Below are positions 37,601 to 47,541 of a DNA stretch of 60,605 nucleotides, one piece after another. The stretch lies in assembly GCA_038884615.1 (NCBI GenBank), contig JAWABL010000006.1:1-60605 (forward strand), written 5' to 3'. Source of the DNA: Candidatus Woesearchaeota archaeon. Lineage in GTDB: Archaea; Nanobdellota; Nanobdellia; Woesearchaeales; DSVV01. The position numbers and the translations under genes were made by a program. Each line of letters starts with the position of its first letter. Within the stretch, counting starts at the first letter, position 1. The notes under the pieces are model-generated. The model was not told the origin of the DNA. It saw only the letters and a program-made list of their open reading frames with translations, and made no database searches.

Positions 37601-40374
37601 TCCATACCTCTTTCCTTTTCAGTGCACACCTCCCCAGCTTCACGCTGAAGTGTATCTTCCTGCTGAAAAAATCCGCTTACATACTCATAGGCAATCATAG
37701 CACCACATGCAATAAGACCAGCCATTGAAGCAGTGCGAAGGGTGTTTACTATTTTTTGTGTGACATTAATTGCATGGTCAAGAGCCTTGATAGTGTTGTT
37801 TAGCATTGTGGGGCTTAACCAGCCTGTAATAAGTTCCGGAGTCTGAATATCAAACTGTGCAGAAGGATATACCGAACAGGATGCGGTATTTCCATCAACA
37901 GTATAAGTTATCTGCGCACCCATGAAAACATCAAGTGTGTTTGGAAGCTGCTTGTATGAGCCAGTATAACGCAGAATTCTTATGGGGACATAAACATAAA
38001 TCTGCCTTCCAGCTTCATCATATTTTGTGGCTTTTGGCCTTTCAATCCTAACGAGCCGATTGCTTAATTCCTGAGAGGGTATTTTGCCTCCTGCTGCTGT
38101 ACTTATCTGGCTCTGAAGATATCCCCTGTTTGTATCATCCTTATATACAAACACCTCTCTTACAACAGGAGAGCCTGAACCGACATAGTGAATAGGAAAG
38201 AAGGCAGACGCCACAATATCTCCACCCTCAAGGTCTCTTGTGTATATATTAAAAGGATAGGTGTCTATTTTACCAATAGACCAATCTGCACAGCCTGGCT
38301 CGTAAACTATAGAAACGTGGATGTTTCTGTTTTCATTGCCGGCAGAATCAATTATATTGAAATATAAATTGTTCGTACCCGCTTTGTTGCCTTCACCAGG
38401 AACAAGACTTACTGTAACATCAAATATCCCATCCTCTTGTGCTACAACCTCCTGCTCCATCCCAATGCTGTATGTAATAGGATCAAATATTCCTGTTAGC
38501 CTATTTTGAGGCTCAGAACCGGTTCTGCTTACAAAATGGTCGCAACCACCATAAAGGCTTTTAATCTCAGGGTCGTCACAACCAGAGTATTTGCCGAAAT
38601 TGACTACTCTAACTATCGCATTCGGCTCGGTCTTGCCTCTTATCCTAAAAAGCTTGAAATGTGTTTTTCCGCGCATGTCAGTTAGCCACTCTACTTGCGG
38701 CGCAGTCCTGTCAACAAATATCTTTTTTGAGTAATTGGCGATGTTGCCTGCTTTATCTGTAGCAAGTATTGTGAATGTAAAGTTTCCATCCCTTCCAAGC
38801 AAAAGCGCTCTTTCAAACCGGCCTGTTTCATTTACAATAGTCTTTCCCTGGCTTGTACTGTCTAGAAGAAATTCTATCTCAGAAAATGGCTCTGTTACAC
38901 CTGAGATGTTAAGCCTGTCCTTATTTGTAGATGCTGGAAACTTATCAACCTGAATCTGAGGGATACCAATGTCAAGCGTTATGTAAAAATACTTCATGTC
39001 CTTATTACCAGAAGGGTCCCAACTGTAAACCTGAACATAGTTTCTACCTACAATGTTCTGGATGTATGAAGAGGGATCTAGCATGATAGGAAAGCTGAAT
39101 GCGCTTGTGTTGACAACTTCTTTCACTTGTGCAATCTTGTTGTCGTTTACAAATATATATACCCTGCTGCCCGGAACGGTTTTGCCTGAAACATTAATTA
39201 TCTTCACAGATGTAAGATTTGGCTGGGAATCCAAGGATAGAAAATCAGATGTAGTTTCTGCTGTGGTGAATGTTTTTATTGCGCCCTCAACACCATTTGA
39301 AACAACCTTATAATAGTAGTTTGTTCCTGAAAGAAGACCTGTCAGCTGAATATCATGGCTTGTTGTGATGTTGTCTGAGCCGGTTCTTTGGTTAAAAGTG
39401 TCGTCGGTGCTATACCTTACTTCGCTGTTTGAGGGTATGTTAGTGAGCCATGTTATTCTTGCCGAGTTTTTTGTTACCTCTGTAGCTTGTACGTTTGTAA
39501 TTTCAATAGCTTCATTTCCTGAGAGAGTCTTGAGGTCATACCTGCTGCTTTCTTGGCCATTTGAAGCAACCTTGAAATAGTACCGCGTATTTTCTTCAAG
39601 CCCGTCTAAGATTATCTGATGCTCTCTTGTCTGTGTTTCATCTGATTTTATTAGGCCAAGCGTGGTTGTTTTTCCATAATAGACCATGCTGTCAGAGGGA
39701 TCGTCTGTGCGCCAGGTTATTTTTGCAGTTGCTTGGGTTACTTCACTCGCCTGGACAAAGCTGATATTAAGCGGTTTTGTGGTTGTCTCCACCTCAAGAG
39801 CATCACTTTTGTCTCCTTCTCTCCCAAGAAAGTCCACTGCTGCAACCTGAAAAAGGTAAGAGGTAGTCGGTGAAAGCCCAGATACAGTTGCTGTGGGTGT
39901 TGTAGAGTTAGCAACAAGCACCCCCCCTTTATATATATTATACTTTGTAGCCCCTGAAACAGATACCCATCTTATCTTTACGCTGTTATGAGTAACCTGT
40001 TCTGAAACAAGACCGTAGACTTTACCTAGAAGTGTCGTAAAGTCGTAATAGCTTGAGCTTGCAGGAGCAACACCATCTGAAGATTTTACCAGAAAATAGA
40101 ATTTTTGCCCGCTGGCGAGCCCTGACAGCAAAACTTCATGGTTAGTCCTAACGCCGCCAGTTTCAGGCACCTTAATCATTGAATTTATATTGGTGCCGTA
40201 CTCAACAAGCCCATCTGACTCAACATCGGTTTTCCATTGAATCATCGCACTTGTGCTTGTCACAGAAACCGCCTTTATCGATGAAGCATCAATCACAACT
40301 GCAAAGGTCACGGGCATCGTGGCTATAAGTACTGCAAGAAACAATGCAATCCATTCCTTTGCTCTGTCATTCAT
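34612..40374 (-). CDS. Giant surface protein with four FN3-like and several Ig-like repeats plus Cys-rich core
   Basis: Signal peptide; repeated VTxxSAxIxWxT...YYFxV; G.TEP...D.AGN Ig repeats; internal hydrophobic helices. Confidence 0.85.
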   Translation of the reverse strand: MNDRAKEWIALFLAVLIATMPVTFAVVIDASSIKAVSVTSTSAMIQWKTDVESDGLVEYGTNINSMIKVPETGGVRTNHEVLLSGLASGQKFYFLVKSSDGVAPASSSYYDFTTLLGKVYGLVSEQVTHNSVKIRWVSVSGATKYNIYKGGVLVANSTTPTATVSGLSPTTSYLFQVAAVDFLGREGDKSDALEVETTTKPLNISFVQASEVTQATAKITWRTDDPSDSMVYYGKTTTLGLIKSDETQTREHQIILDGLEENTRYYFKVASNGQESSRYDLKTLSGNEAIEITNVQATEVTKNSARITWLTNIPSNSEVRYSTDDTFNQRTGSDNITTSHDIQLTGLLSGTNYYYKVVSNGVEGAIKTFTTAETTSDFLSLDSQPNLTSVKIINVSGKTVPGSRVYIFVNDNKIAQVKEVVNTSAFSFPIMLDPSSYIQNIVGRNYVQVYSWDPSGNKDMKYFYITLDIGIPQIQVDKFPASTNKDRLNISGVTEPFSEIEFLLDSTSQGKTIVNETGRFERALLLGRDGNFTFTILATDKAGNIANYSKKIFVDRTAPQVEWLTDMRGKTHFKLFRIRGKTEPNAIVRVVNFGKYSGCDDPEIKSLYGGCDHFVSRTGSEPQNRLTGIFDPITYSIGMEQEVVAQEDGIFDVTVSLVPGEGNKAGTNNLYFNIIDSAGNENRNIHVSIVYEPGCADWSIGKIDTYPFNIYTRDLEGGDIVASAFFPIHYVGSGSPVVREVFVYKDDTNRGYLQSQISTAAGGKIPSQELSNRLVRIERPKATKYDEAGRQIYVYVPIRILRYTGSYKQLPNTLDVFMGAQITYTVDGNTASCSVYPSAQFDIQTPELITGWLSPTMLNNTIKALDHAINVTQKIVNTLRTASMAGLIACGAMIAYEYVSGFFQQEDTLQREAGEVCTEKERGMEKVYYVCDRILCPAVPPVCNNFQPITTSKDMKVEGKTVTEEEFNKAAEINQRWVAEYLKEKDAGYRGTFQDFLKDPKYNDRVDALGGGYQSISGGSTSYHTTIKSGDKSEYIRVDYYKGGDEKWFEQNAVGPLILMDNTPDKRWSSRMIVDLKSAAAKCKGGTLVVKSTLADSTDRQLNMFSIGQAVPQPSTEWECVPVPPDQLGPPNVQKLKGCYSADCPKYDNTKCPLPEPGSDIIPTQDLYGSIRCQCLPGMMGHINNYLKIMVGAKKCLEQAMIGEVRGGFCKLLLAQFVCDLLIQALRIVLNSISTGDGLDEGGAASTIRGNVKNYKTSQEQISKSLANRYGDIVKNKWGLSSDQLMNKACMFSVTGDWSLLDGLLDEFVEAVEIEPTSAIFAESRPYSFDPFTGRMNIGYNVYVGLVPGGENQIRVWLECDRSAPNGQFCGQTPTKLDVTLPRNSFRKNDPPLNENIGITDRNAKYWYNKVVMEITYSLAGKRRQKLLQAPIWKKGDIAVGCYFSPMNGIECQQPEFMLPSGIVQLYPIGKGSSKSPNVDVYFPGNVVNALIKIENRYQEDFYIRIDYPDGTAKEYRIPGAGKGAGYGREMLYNLWIDDVPATINTIATQGAGVLQYRPVSTNLVIADGKIKLRIANAKSGTLKITFDVGGKSEDRQVMINSQDTEIALSNSVVTLKKFELIDVKTDITPTISGSQINSPAPLTYITYKEYPSQNEKMAQIPFPLLTQGITTIGSRSVKIDVLQDTNGDGVGDTPILYDRGTPQTITLTYSIGATPNPNTLPVVEFIEPIGMYFNNDGNKVPLGFNVWYPSSLSNVMLQVAVTGQGSASGYRCGFTYKPNAGILNWEGVSQCAEFSEERSSKGALGTPPFFEFYMDTQSLPSNANDAIYDISVKAVIPGGEKRDTTYMEPTYTDTKELVSKEVIRRFKFNQATGDYILRQADVSVCLGGGECIGPFISPRITTVSIAKYNQSEIPSTRSG

Positions 40375-40503
40375 TTTTTCTGTTTTCTCCTATTGTTATT
40401 GTCCAATTTTAATTATTCATCCTAGTAATTTTTCTAGTATGTGTTATAGCAAATTGTTCTACTAGTGCTCATTATAATTTTTGGATTAATCATCTTAATA
40501 AAA

Positions 40504-42438
40504 TTATCTCAATACAGGAGGATATTTGTTTGAATTTACCTCAACAAACTCAAGCAGTGATGCAAGAGCAGTTGGTTCTGTGTAAATGACATTCTTGCTC
40601 AATGCATAAAACACAGCGTGTCTCCTGCCTTTAATCTCGCTTTTTGAAGGTGTCCAGTTAAGCGATGCTCCGCCAAGATAAAGCTCATCCTTGACAAGCT
40701 TTATATCAACTTGATATGTAAAGTCACCTACCATGATGCTAAAATTGTTATAGTAGTCAAAATCGCTTGGGTATATAAGGGACAGGTCATAGCCCATTTC
40801 TGGATTTTTAAGATTAATCAAGGCAGTTTCTCCAGGTGCAATGTCACGTTCCTGAATGAGTCCATTGTGGTCCTCAACAACCCTAACATCAAAATCTAGC
40901 TTCTTAAGAGGCACCATCTCTATGACCACCTGAGATCTGTCTGTCTCTTCGTCAACGCTGACCTGCTGCCGCGCCTTCATATAGCCGGACTTTTCAGCTA
41001 TCAAAATTCCGCCAGAACAGGTCGGAAACAAAGCGTCAAGAGATGCAAGGCTGCTTGCAATAAGTCCTTCTTCATATAAGTAGTTAGTATTGCCTATGTC
41101 ACATAAAAACTGAACGCACTGGTACTTTATCCTAACATCCGGAATTGTACCATCTGGATACCCAACCTCCTTATCTACAGCATACACTCTAAGAGAGTAC
41201 CTTCTCTTATTCTGCACGCCTTTGAGAGCAACTATCTGCCCATCTTTATCTGTCAAGTATGTTGTGGTTGATGAATTAAGAGCACAAAACTCTTTGCTGG
41301 CAATCCTGTCAATCTCCTCAGGCCATAGTGGAACCTCTCCATACCTATTTGGAAGGTTACGCTTAATTATTACGGGAGTTGCAAAATAGAACTGGTCAAG
41401 TGGATGTTCTCTGTCAATAAGCTGGAACAGAACAGGGTAGTTCAATGAATACTTATGATGATATACCTTGACGCATGTGCCTATAAGGTTTGCTATCTTA
41501 AACTCATTAGCCCTTACAACACCATCTTCAGACGGAGTAACCTCAAACTCCATCGGCCATTCAGGATTGTAAATTATATTCACCTTAATACCTTTATATT
41601 TTGAACCTGAAACCGCCTTTACAAGATACTGCTTGTCGTAGTAAGGAATTCCTGTTGGCTTTATGTCTGTATTTTCAAACATCAAAAAATGGAGGTTGTG
41701 CATTATAAGAGTCTGTACATATTTTTTCATTTCATCTTCAAACCACACCTTTGGTTGACAAGAGAATTCCATTCCTTCGTAAGGAAGCCAATCTGAACAT
41801 GCTATCATTTCATCAGTGTAGTTTTCAAGAAACGCATCTCTGTTCTCCTTTTCCATTATAATCCTTGCTAAAGAGTAAAGTTTTCCAAGATTGGATTTGA
41901 TTTCTGCAGAGTATTCATTTAAATTGTAGACGCGCTCCTCGCCAAGTATTTTAATCTGGAGAGGATAGTCCATCTTAACTACTATGTTGTTCTCGTTTAT
42001 TTTTGTTTTTATATTAGCGCCTCCGCGCGTTGAAAACGAATATTTTCCATGAAAAGCGCTGAAATTGTTAAGACATTCTGGAAGATTCTTAGCGATGTGA
42101 CTACTAAGCTCGTCCTCCATCATTTTAAGAGTAGGCATTCTATTTTGGCCTGAATAATACCACAAAGGCACAATGAATCCGTGGTTTAGATAGCTTGAAC
42201 TTTCAGACCTTATTGATTTTGGAATTTCTATATACCCACCTTGAACAGCCATTATGCTTATACCTTCTTTTGAAACCGCATCAAGACAGGACTCAGTGAA
42301 TTTCTTTATGTCCCTTATTTCGTTTGGGACACCTATTCCAGGAATATAACCCTGCGTTATTGTATATATAACCCCTAACGAGAATGCAACAATTATACCT
42401 ATAATAATAAAGGTAGTTATCTGCCCCTTTTTTTGCAT
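40504..42438 (-). CDS. Hypothetical protein with class III (prepilin-like) signal peptide
   Basis: Likely start MQKKG|QITTFIIIGIIV at 42438, with TATA-like TTTATATA upstream (ORF track starts at 42480); FTESCL...QGGY. Confidence 0.8.
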   Translation of the reverse strand: MQKKGQITTFIIIGIIVAFSLGVIYTITQGYIPGIGVPNEIRDIKKFTESCLDAVSKEGISIMAVQGGYIEIPKSIRSESSSYLNHGFIVPLWYYSGQNRMPTLKMMEDELSSHIAKNLPECLNNFSAFHGKYSFSTRGGANIKTKINENNIVVKMDYPLQIKILGEERVYNLNEYSAEIKSNLGKLYSLARIIMEKENRDAFLENYTDEMIACSDWLPYEGMEFSCQPKVWFEDEMKKYVQTLIMHNLHFLMFENTDIKPTGIPYYDKQYLVKAVSGSKYKGIKVNIIYNPEWPMEFEVTPSEDGVVRANEFKIANLIGTCVKVYHHKYSLNYPVLFQLIDREHPLDQFYFATPVIIKRNLPNRYGEVPLWPEEIDRIASKEFCALNSSTTTYLTDKDGQIVALKGVQNKRRYSLRVYAVDKEVGYPDGTIPDVRIKYQCVQFLCDIGNTNYLYEEGLIASSLASLDALFPTCSGGILIAEKSGYMKARQQVSVDEETDRSQVVIEMVPLKKLDFDVRVVEDHNGLIQERDIAPGETALINLKNPEMGYDLSLIYPSDFDYYNNFSIMVGDFTYQVDIKLVKDELYLGGASLNWTPSKSEIKGRRHAVFYALSKNVIYTEPTALASLLEFVEVNSNKYPPVLR

Positions 42439-42607
42439 ACAGATAGGTTCTATTAACAGGTGTATATAAATTTTACCCAATAACTTGTACCTAAATAGAT
42501 TTTAAACGGTTTTTACAATGCTTTGAAGTGTTTTGATAAATATTTATTTTTTATTGATAAAGTTTATTGATAAACTATTTAAACCATCTAAAAAATAGAA
42601 AAGCAAA

Positions 42608-43588
42608 ATGGCATTTTTTCTAATAGTATTGATGCTTATATTCGGTCTGTTTTTTATAATCAAGGGCTCAGACTGGGCTACAGAATCACTTGCTCATGTA
42701 TCAAAAAAGTTTGGAACCACATACATTTTTGTTGGAATTATTCTAGTAAGCTTTATGGTCAGCCTGCCTGAGATAGCTGTTGCCGGATACACAGCAATGA
42801 ACGGGCATGTTGAGATTGCATTTGGAGTTATAATAGGCTCAATTGTCTGCAATATTGGGCTTATGGTGGGACTTTCGGCAATGATTAGGCCACTTAGGGT
42901 TCCAACAAGCCTTATTGTAAGAGATGGCATCTTTGCCGTATGTGCTGCTGTGCTTGTCTATGTATTAAGCCTTGATAATAGCATCACGCGTGCAGAAGGG
43001 TTTGCCCTGTTTCTTATATTTGTACCCTATGTGATTAATGTTTGGCTACAGGAAAAACAGAAGTTGGCGCAGGAAAAAGAGAAAGAGCTCAAGGAGATAC
43101 AGTTTGAATTAAAAATAATGGGAATGCAGATAGGCGAATTAAATGCTGGCTTGAGCAGTTTTTTCATAGGATTCGCCCTACTTTTGCTGGGAAGCTATCT
43201 ATTTTCAGAAGGGCTCATAAGAACATCTGCAGGGCTTGGAATAAGCGACTTGCTTATAGGACTTACAATAGGAGCTGTAGGACCATCAATACCCAACATA
43301 GCCGCAGCGCTCCAGGCAACAAAAAAACATATGGAAGATGTAGCAGTCGCTGAAACTCTCGGCTCTGATATATTTACCCTTTTAATAAGCCTTGGAGTAT
43401 TGTCATTGGTAAAACCAATAACTCTCACAGACAAGATGCTTGCATTTGATATCCCTGCAATGGTACTTTTTAGTTTCCTCCTTCTTTTTTTCATGATAGG
43501 CGACAAGAATACAATAACAAAGGCAAAAGGCACTGCACTCTTTGTAGGATATCTTTTTATACTTTTCATAAATTTCTTTTTGCGATAA
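42608..43588 (+). CDS. Calcium/sodium antiporter (CaCA, YrbG-like)
   Basis: Two alpha repeats SLPE...GSIVCN and SIPN...GSDIF; about 10 TM helices. Confidence 0.9.
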   Translation: MAFFLIVLMLIFGLFFIIKGSDWATESLAHVSKKFGTTYIFVGIILVSFMVSLPEIAVAGYTAMNGHVEIAFGVIIGSIVCNIGLMVGLSAMIRPLRVPTSLIVRDGIFAVCAAVLVYVLSLDNSITRAEGFALFLIFVPYVINVWLQEKQKLAQEKEKELKEIQFELKIMGMQIGELNAGLSSFFIGFALLLLGSYLFSEGLIRTSAGLGISDLLIGLTIGAVGPSIPNIAAALQATKKHMEDVAVAETLGSDIFTLLISLGVLSLVKPITLTDKMLAFDIPAMVLFSFLLLFFMIGDKNTITKAKGTALFVGYLFILFINFFLR

Positions 43589-43765
43589 TTTTTCTATAGT
43601 CTTATACATTATTCTTCTTCATTAAATTTTAAAAGCGAGGTATTTATCGGCATATCATATATTAGAATAATTAGAATAAACATTGAAGTATATTAGAGAG
43701 ATTAATATCAAAAATATTAGAAATTTAAATAGTTCATTACAATATAATTACTATAATACAATTAC

Positions 43766-43824
43766 TATAATAAGATTAATTATAATAAGATTAATTATAA
43801 TAAGATTAATTATAATAAGATTAA
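43766..43824. repeat. 15-bp tandem repeat (TATAATAAGATTAAT)x~4
   Basis: Read directly. Confidence 0.9.
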
Positions 43825-44019
43825 AAGCCCGGTTAACACCAGGATATGATTAAATATCAAATAAATAGAGATAATTAAAGTAAGAGTATAATTAATGATA
43901 AGAAGTGATAAGAGGTATAATTATAAGATAGCAAAATTAATAGTAGGAGTATAATAGTAGGAGTAATGGAGAATTAATGATGAGATAATAAAAGAATTAA
44001 AATGAATTGAAACATTAAA

Positions 44020-45027
44020 ATGAGAGTAACTAATAGAATAAGGATAGATGATTATAGATATGAACTTCCTAAAGATATGATAGCGCAAAAACCTGCTGTG
44101 CCGAGAGATAGCTCAAAGCTTCTTGTCCTTTACAAAAAAACAGGAAAGATAGAGCATACACTTTTTAGAGATATAGTAAACTATCTTAAGCCCGAAGACA
44201 CGATTGTAATAAATTCAACAAAAGTTATACCAGCAAAAATTGAAGGCAAAAAGGAAACGGGCGGAAAAGTTACTTTTCTCATGACACGAAAAATAAGCGA
44301 AAAAGAGTATGAAGGATTCTTAAAAGGAAGAGTGAAGGACGGAACCAGAATTTATGTGAAAAGCAATGACTACTGCGTTGTTAAGAAGGGCGAATTCGCA
44401 AGAGTCAGATTTTCAAAGCCGCTTAGATTAGGTGTAAGCGGAACGACTCCACTTCCTCCATATATAAAAACGCCAGCAAAGTTAGCATTTTACCAAACTG
44501 TTTATGCGAAAAAGGAGGGTTCTGTTGCTGCACCTACTGCAGGACTGCATTTCACCAGAAAACTATTGAAAAAAATAAAGGCAATGGGAGTTGGAATAGC
44601 AAGCATTACACTTCATGTCGGACCCGGAACCTTTCTGCCTTTTAAAGATAGCAACATAGGAATGAACAGGCTTCATAAGGAGTATTATGAAATAGACCAG
44701 AAAAATGCTGCAATAATAAACAACACGAAGGGCCGGTTGTTTGTGGTCGGCACAACTTCGCTTAGGGCGCTTGAAAGCGCCGCTCACAAAAATGGAATTA
44801 TCCAACCAAAAAAGGGATGGACTGATCTATTTATTTACCCTGGGTATCGGTTCAAGATTAAACTTAGCGGAGGACTCATCACTAATTTTCATCTCCCATT
44901 TACAACGCTGCTTGTGCTTGTAAGTGCTATTGCAGGAAGAGAAAAAATTATTACTGCTTATGAAGAAGCAAAAAAGAGAGGTTATAGATTCTATTCTTTC
45001 GGAGACGCTATGCTAATACTATCTTGA
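44020..45027 (+). CDS. queA: S-adenosylmethionine:tRNA ribosyltransferase-isomerase
   Basis: LP..IAQ.P, PLPPYI, YQTVYA..GSVAAPTAGLHF, LHVGPGTF, VGTTS, TNFHLP, YRFYSFGDAMLI. Confidence 0.95.
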   Translation: MRVTNRIRIDDYRYELPKDMIAQKPAVPRDSSKLLVLYKKTGKIEHTLFRDIVNYLKPEDTIVINSTKVIPAKIEGKKETGGKVTFLMTRKISEKEYEGFLKGRVKDGTRIYVKSNDYCVVKKGEFARVRFSKPLRLGVSGTTPLPPYIKTPAKLAFYQTVYAKKEGSVAAPTAGLHFTRKLLKKIKAMGVGIASITLHVGPGTFLPFKDSNIGMNRLHKEYYEIDQKNAAIINNTKGRLFVVGTTSLRALESAAHKNGIIQPKKGWTDLFIYPGYRFKIKLSGGLITNFHLPFTTLLVLVSAIAGREKIITAYEEAKKRGYRFYSFGDAMLILS

Positions 45028-45663
45028 TATTTGGAGAGTATCCCAAACAACTCTTAAAAGTCAGGCAGTACCAAATAAAAATAGATTCTAGAAATCTCTT
45101 TTCAGTGCTCAATCATCCTTTTGTTATTCCATTAGTTTATGATTACCTCCTTGTTATGATTACCTATGTAACTTTGTTATTGTCTCATTACTAATAATTG
45201 TTGATTGCAATTCTGCCTAATGTTTTACAAAAAGGTATATAAACCAGAAGAATAAAAAGAGTAATCTGTTTAATAAAAAAATATTGATAAAAGGTACTTA
45301 TTCATGGATGACTTTAATATTAACATTCATCTTTTTTTGTAAATTCTTATTATCTAACATATACTTTTATGACACCTATTGTAGGATGTGCAGGTTGTAT
45401 ATCCGAGGGTAATGACGAAGTTAAAATGTATTAATCAGTGTGGTTATCTTCATACTATAATTTTTTTAATAATTAGTTATATGGTTTGATAAATAATTTC
45501 TATTACTTATATGAACAAAAAACATTATAGGCCGAGAACTTCTTCGTTGCTTCGCTCCTCTAACACGCTGCGCTCTGACTTCGTTTGAGACAATTAACAC
45601 GAATTTCTTATGTTAGTAGAATAGGTCAATAGATAGGTTTAAATAAACCATTCTTAAAAAAGC

Positions 45664-46008
45664 TTAAACGCTTTTTAAGCATTCACAGAGTTTTAGCCCT
45701 GCATTAAGCCCCCGTACTTTTGTTCCAAAAACAATCCTGCTCGAAGGCTTTATATTTTTTGCAAATGGACATTTGTCCATATGTAATGATTTCCCGGTTT
45801 TTGACGCAACAAAGAGCTGCTGCTCTTTCCTTTCTTTTATTTGTAACAGCCTTTGATAAAGCGACGCTTCTTTTTCGCGAGTATCATTCAAAAGCTCGAA
45901 CATACGCTGCTGGTTCTGAGCTATCTCAGCAAGAGATTTTTGAAGCGCCAGGACATCGTTTTTAACAAGCCTAAATGACTCTACTATGTTCTGCTCTAGT
46001 TGGTTCAT
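45664..46008 (-). CDS. Small coiled-coil protein with C-terminal Ada-like metal-binding motif
   Basis: VASKTGKSLH...CPFAKNI...CEC; GGAGG SD upstream. Confidence 0.7.
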   Translation of the reverse strand: MNQLEQNIVESFRLVKNDVLALQKSLAEIAQNQQRMFELLNDTREKEASLYQRLLQIKERKEQQLFVASKTGKSLHMDKCPFAKNIKPSSRIVFGTKVRGLNAGLKLCECLKSV

Positions 46009-46300
46009 TTTTTGCCTCCATTAATTTATATCTTAATTATATCCAAAATCTAAGGTTAATATTTCTCTGAATCTTTCTATAATTACCTGAAATTATTATT
46101 ATAAGATGATTAATAAGATGAACTACCATAAATTATAAAGAACAAGAAGGAAACACTTCTATTTAAATATTTCGTTTTTGTATTTTCTAATTGGTAGTAA
46201 CATTTTTAATATTGGAATATCTCTGCTAAGATTACTTGATATACTCAATACCATACTAGCATAGTAACATTTAAATAGAAGTTTACGCTGATGCATATCA

Positions 46301-46726
46301 ATGGTAATCTTGTTTGACCAGTTTAATCTTCCTGACGATGTGTATGAAGTAATCTTTGCCACTAAACAGCAGATAATAGTAGCAAAGCTGCTTATTGACA
46401 AGATGAAAGAAAACCAAGGCATAATGGGAAAAACAGAGATGAGCCTTTTTGCGACCAAACTTCATGAGGGGGAACTAGTGGCACAGATTGATGATCCATT
46501 ATACAGAGAGAAAAAAGTAAAGCTCAGCTACAACAAAAGGCAGTTTTATGACAGAATCCTCACTCCTATGAAAAGCATGGGGCTCATTGACTATGACCTT
46601 TATAAAAAGCAGTACAGACTGTCTGACAAATTCAACAAGGCAATGATAAAGATAGGCATAATGTGGATGCAGGAGCTAAGAAGACCACCGAGAAGCCTGC
46701 GATTAAAGGGCCGGACTGATTTCTAG
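46301..46726 (+). CDS. Conserved-looking hypothetical protein (possible winged helix)
   Basis: FYDRIL.PMKSMGLIDY...YRLS pattern; TTTAAATA about 25 bp upstream; 4 bp gap to nfi. Confidence 0.7.
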   Translation: MVILFDQFNLPDDVYEVIFATKQQIIVAKLLIDKMKENQGIMGKTEMSLFATKLHEGELVAQIDDPLYREKKVKLSYNKRQFYDRILTPMKSMGLIDYDLYKKQYRLSDKFNKAMIKIGIMWMQELRRPPRSLRLKGRTDF

Positions 46727-46730
46727 GAAG

Positions 46731-47375
46731 ATGGAAAACCTTGAAGTTGAAAGACTTAAAGAGGAACAAACTAAACTTGCCAAGAAGATTATACTAACTG
46801 ACTCTTTTGATAAGCTTGATACGGTTGCAGGATGCGATATTGCCTATACTGGAAACAAGATTATATCCGCCATTGTTGTGTGCGACTATAAGACCTTACA
46901 AATTAGAGAGAAAAAATACACTATTGGAAAAACAAGGTTTCCATACATACCAGGCTTTCTTAGCTATAGAGAGTCACCAATCACCATTGAAACATTTCAT
47001 AAGCTTGAAATTGATCCGGACATATTGATTGTAGATGGAAATGGAATTCTTCACCCCAGAATGCTGGGTATGGCAAGCCACCTAGGGTTGCTACTTGACA
47101 AGCCAACAATAGGCGTATCAAAAGGCCTTCTCTGTGGAGAAAAAAGAGGAGATAGTATATACCTCGGAAAGGAGGTCATTGGCAAAGTTATTGAAACCAA
47201 GGAAGGGGCAAAACCAATATTCGTTTCACCTGGGCACAAAATAGGGTTCAGCACAATGCTTGAAATTATAAAACATTGTCTTAAAGAGCACAAGCTTCCT
47301 GAGCCATTGCATGAAGCACATAAACTAGCAACAAAGATAAGAAATAAGATTAAGCAGGAAAAAAATCCTGAATAA
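46731..47375 (+). CDS. nfi: Endonuclease V
   Basis: AGCDIAY, FPYIPGFLSYRE, VDGNGILHPR..G.ASH, IGVSK, VSPGH, PEPL..AH. Confidence 0.95.
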   Translation: MENLEVERLKEEQTKLAKKIILTDSFDKLDTVAGCDIAYTGNKIISAIVVCDYKTLQIREKKYTIGKTRFPYIPGFLSYRESPITIETFHKLEIDPDILIVDGNGILHPRMLGMASHLGLLLDKPTIGVSKGLLCGEKRGDSIYLGKEVIGKVIETKEGAKPIFVSPGHKIGFSTMLEIIKHCLKEHKLPEPLHEAHKLATKIRNKIKQEKNPE

Positions 47376-47541
47376 AAGACAAACACTAAAACATAAAAAG
47401 TATTGTAGAGCATAAAAAGTGTAGTGGAGTTGCTTTTTTCTCTGGAAATACTAGAAAATAAGAGAGCATAAGTTACAAGTATGTAAGCTACAAGTAGGGG
47501 TTATAGATAGAGATTGTAGATAGAGGTTAATAGTTTAATGA

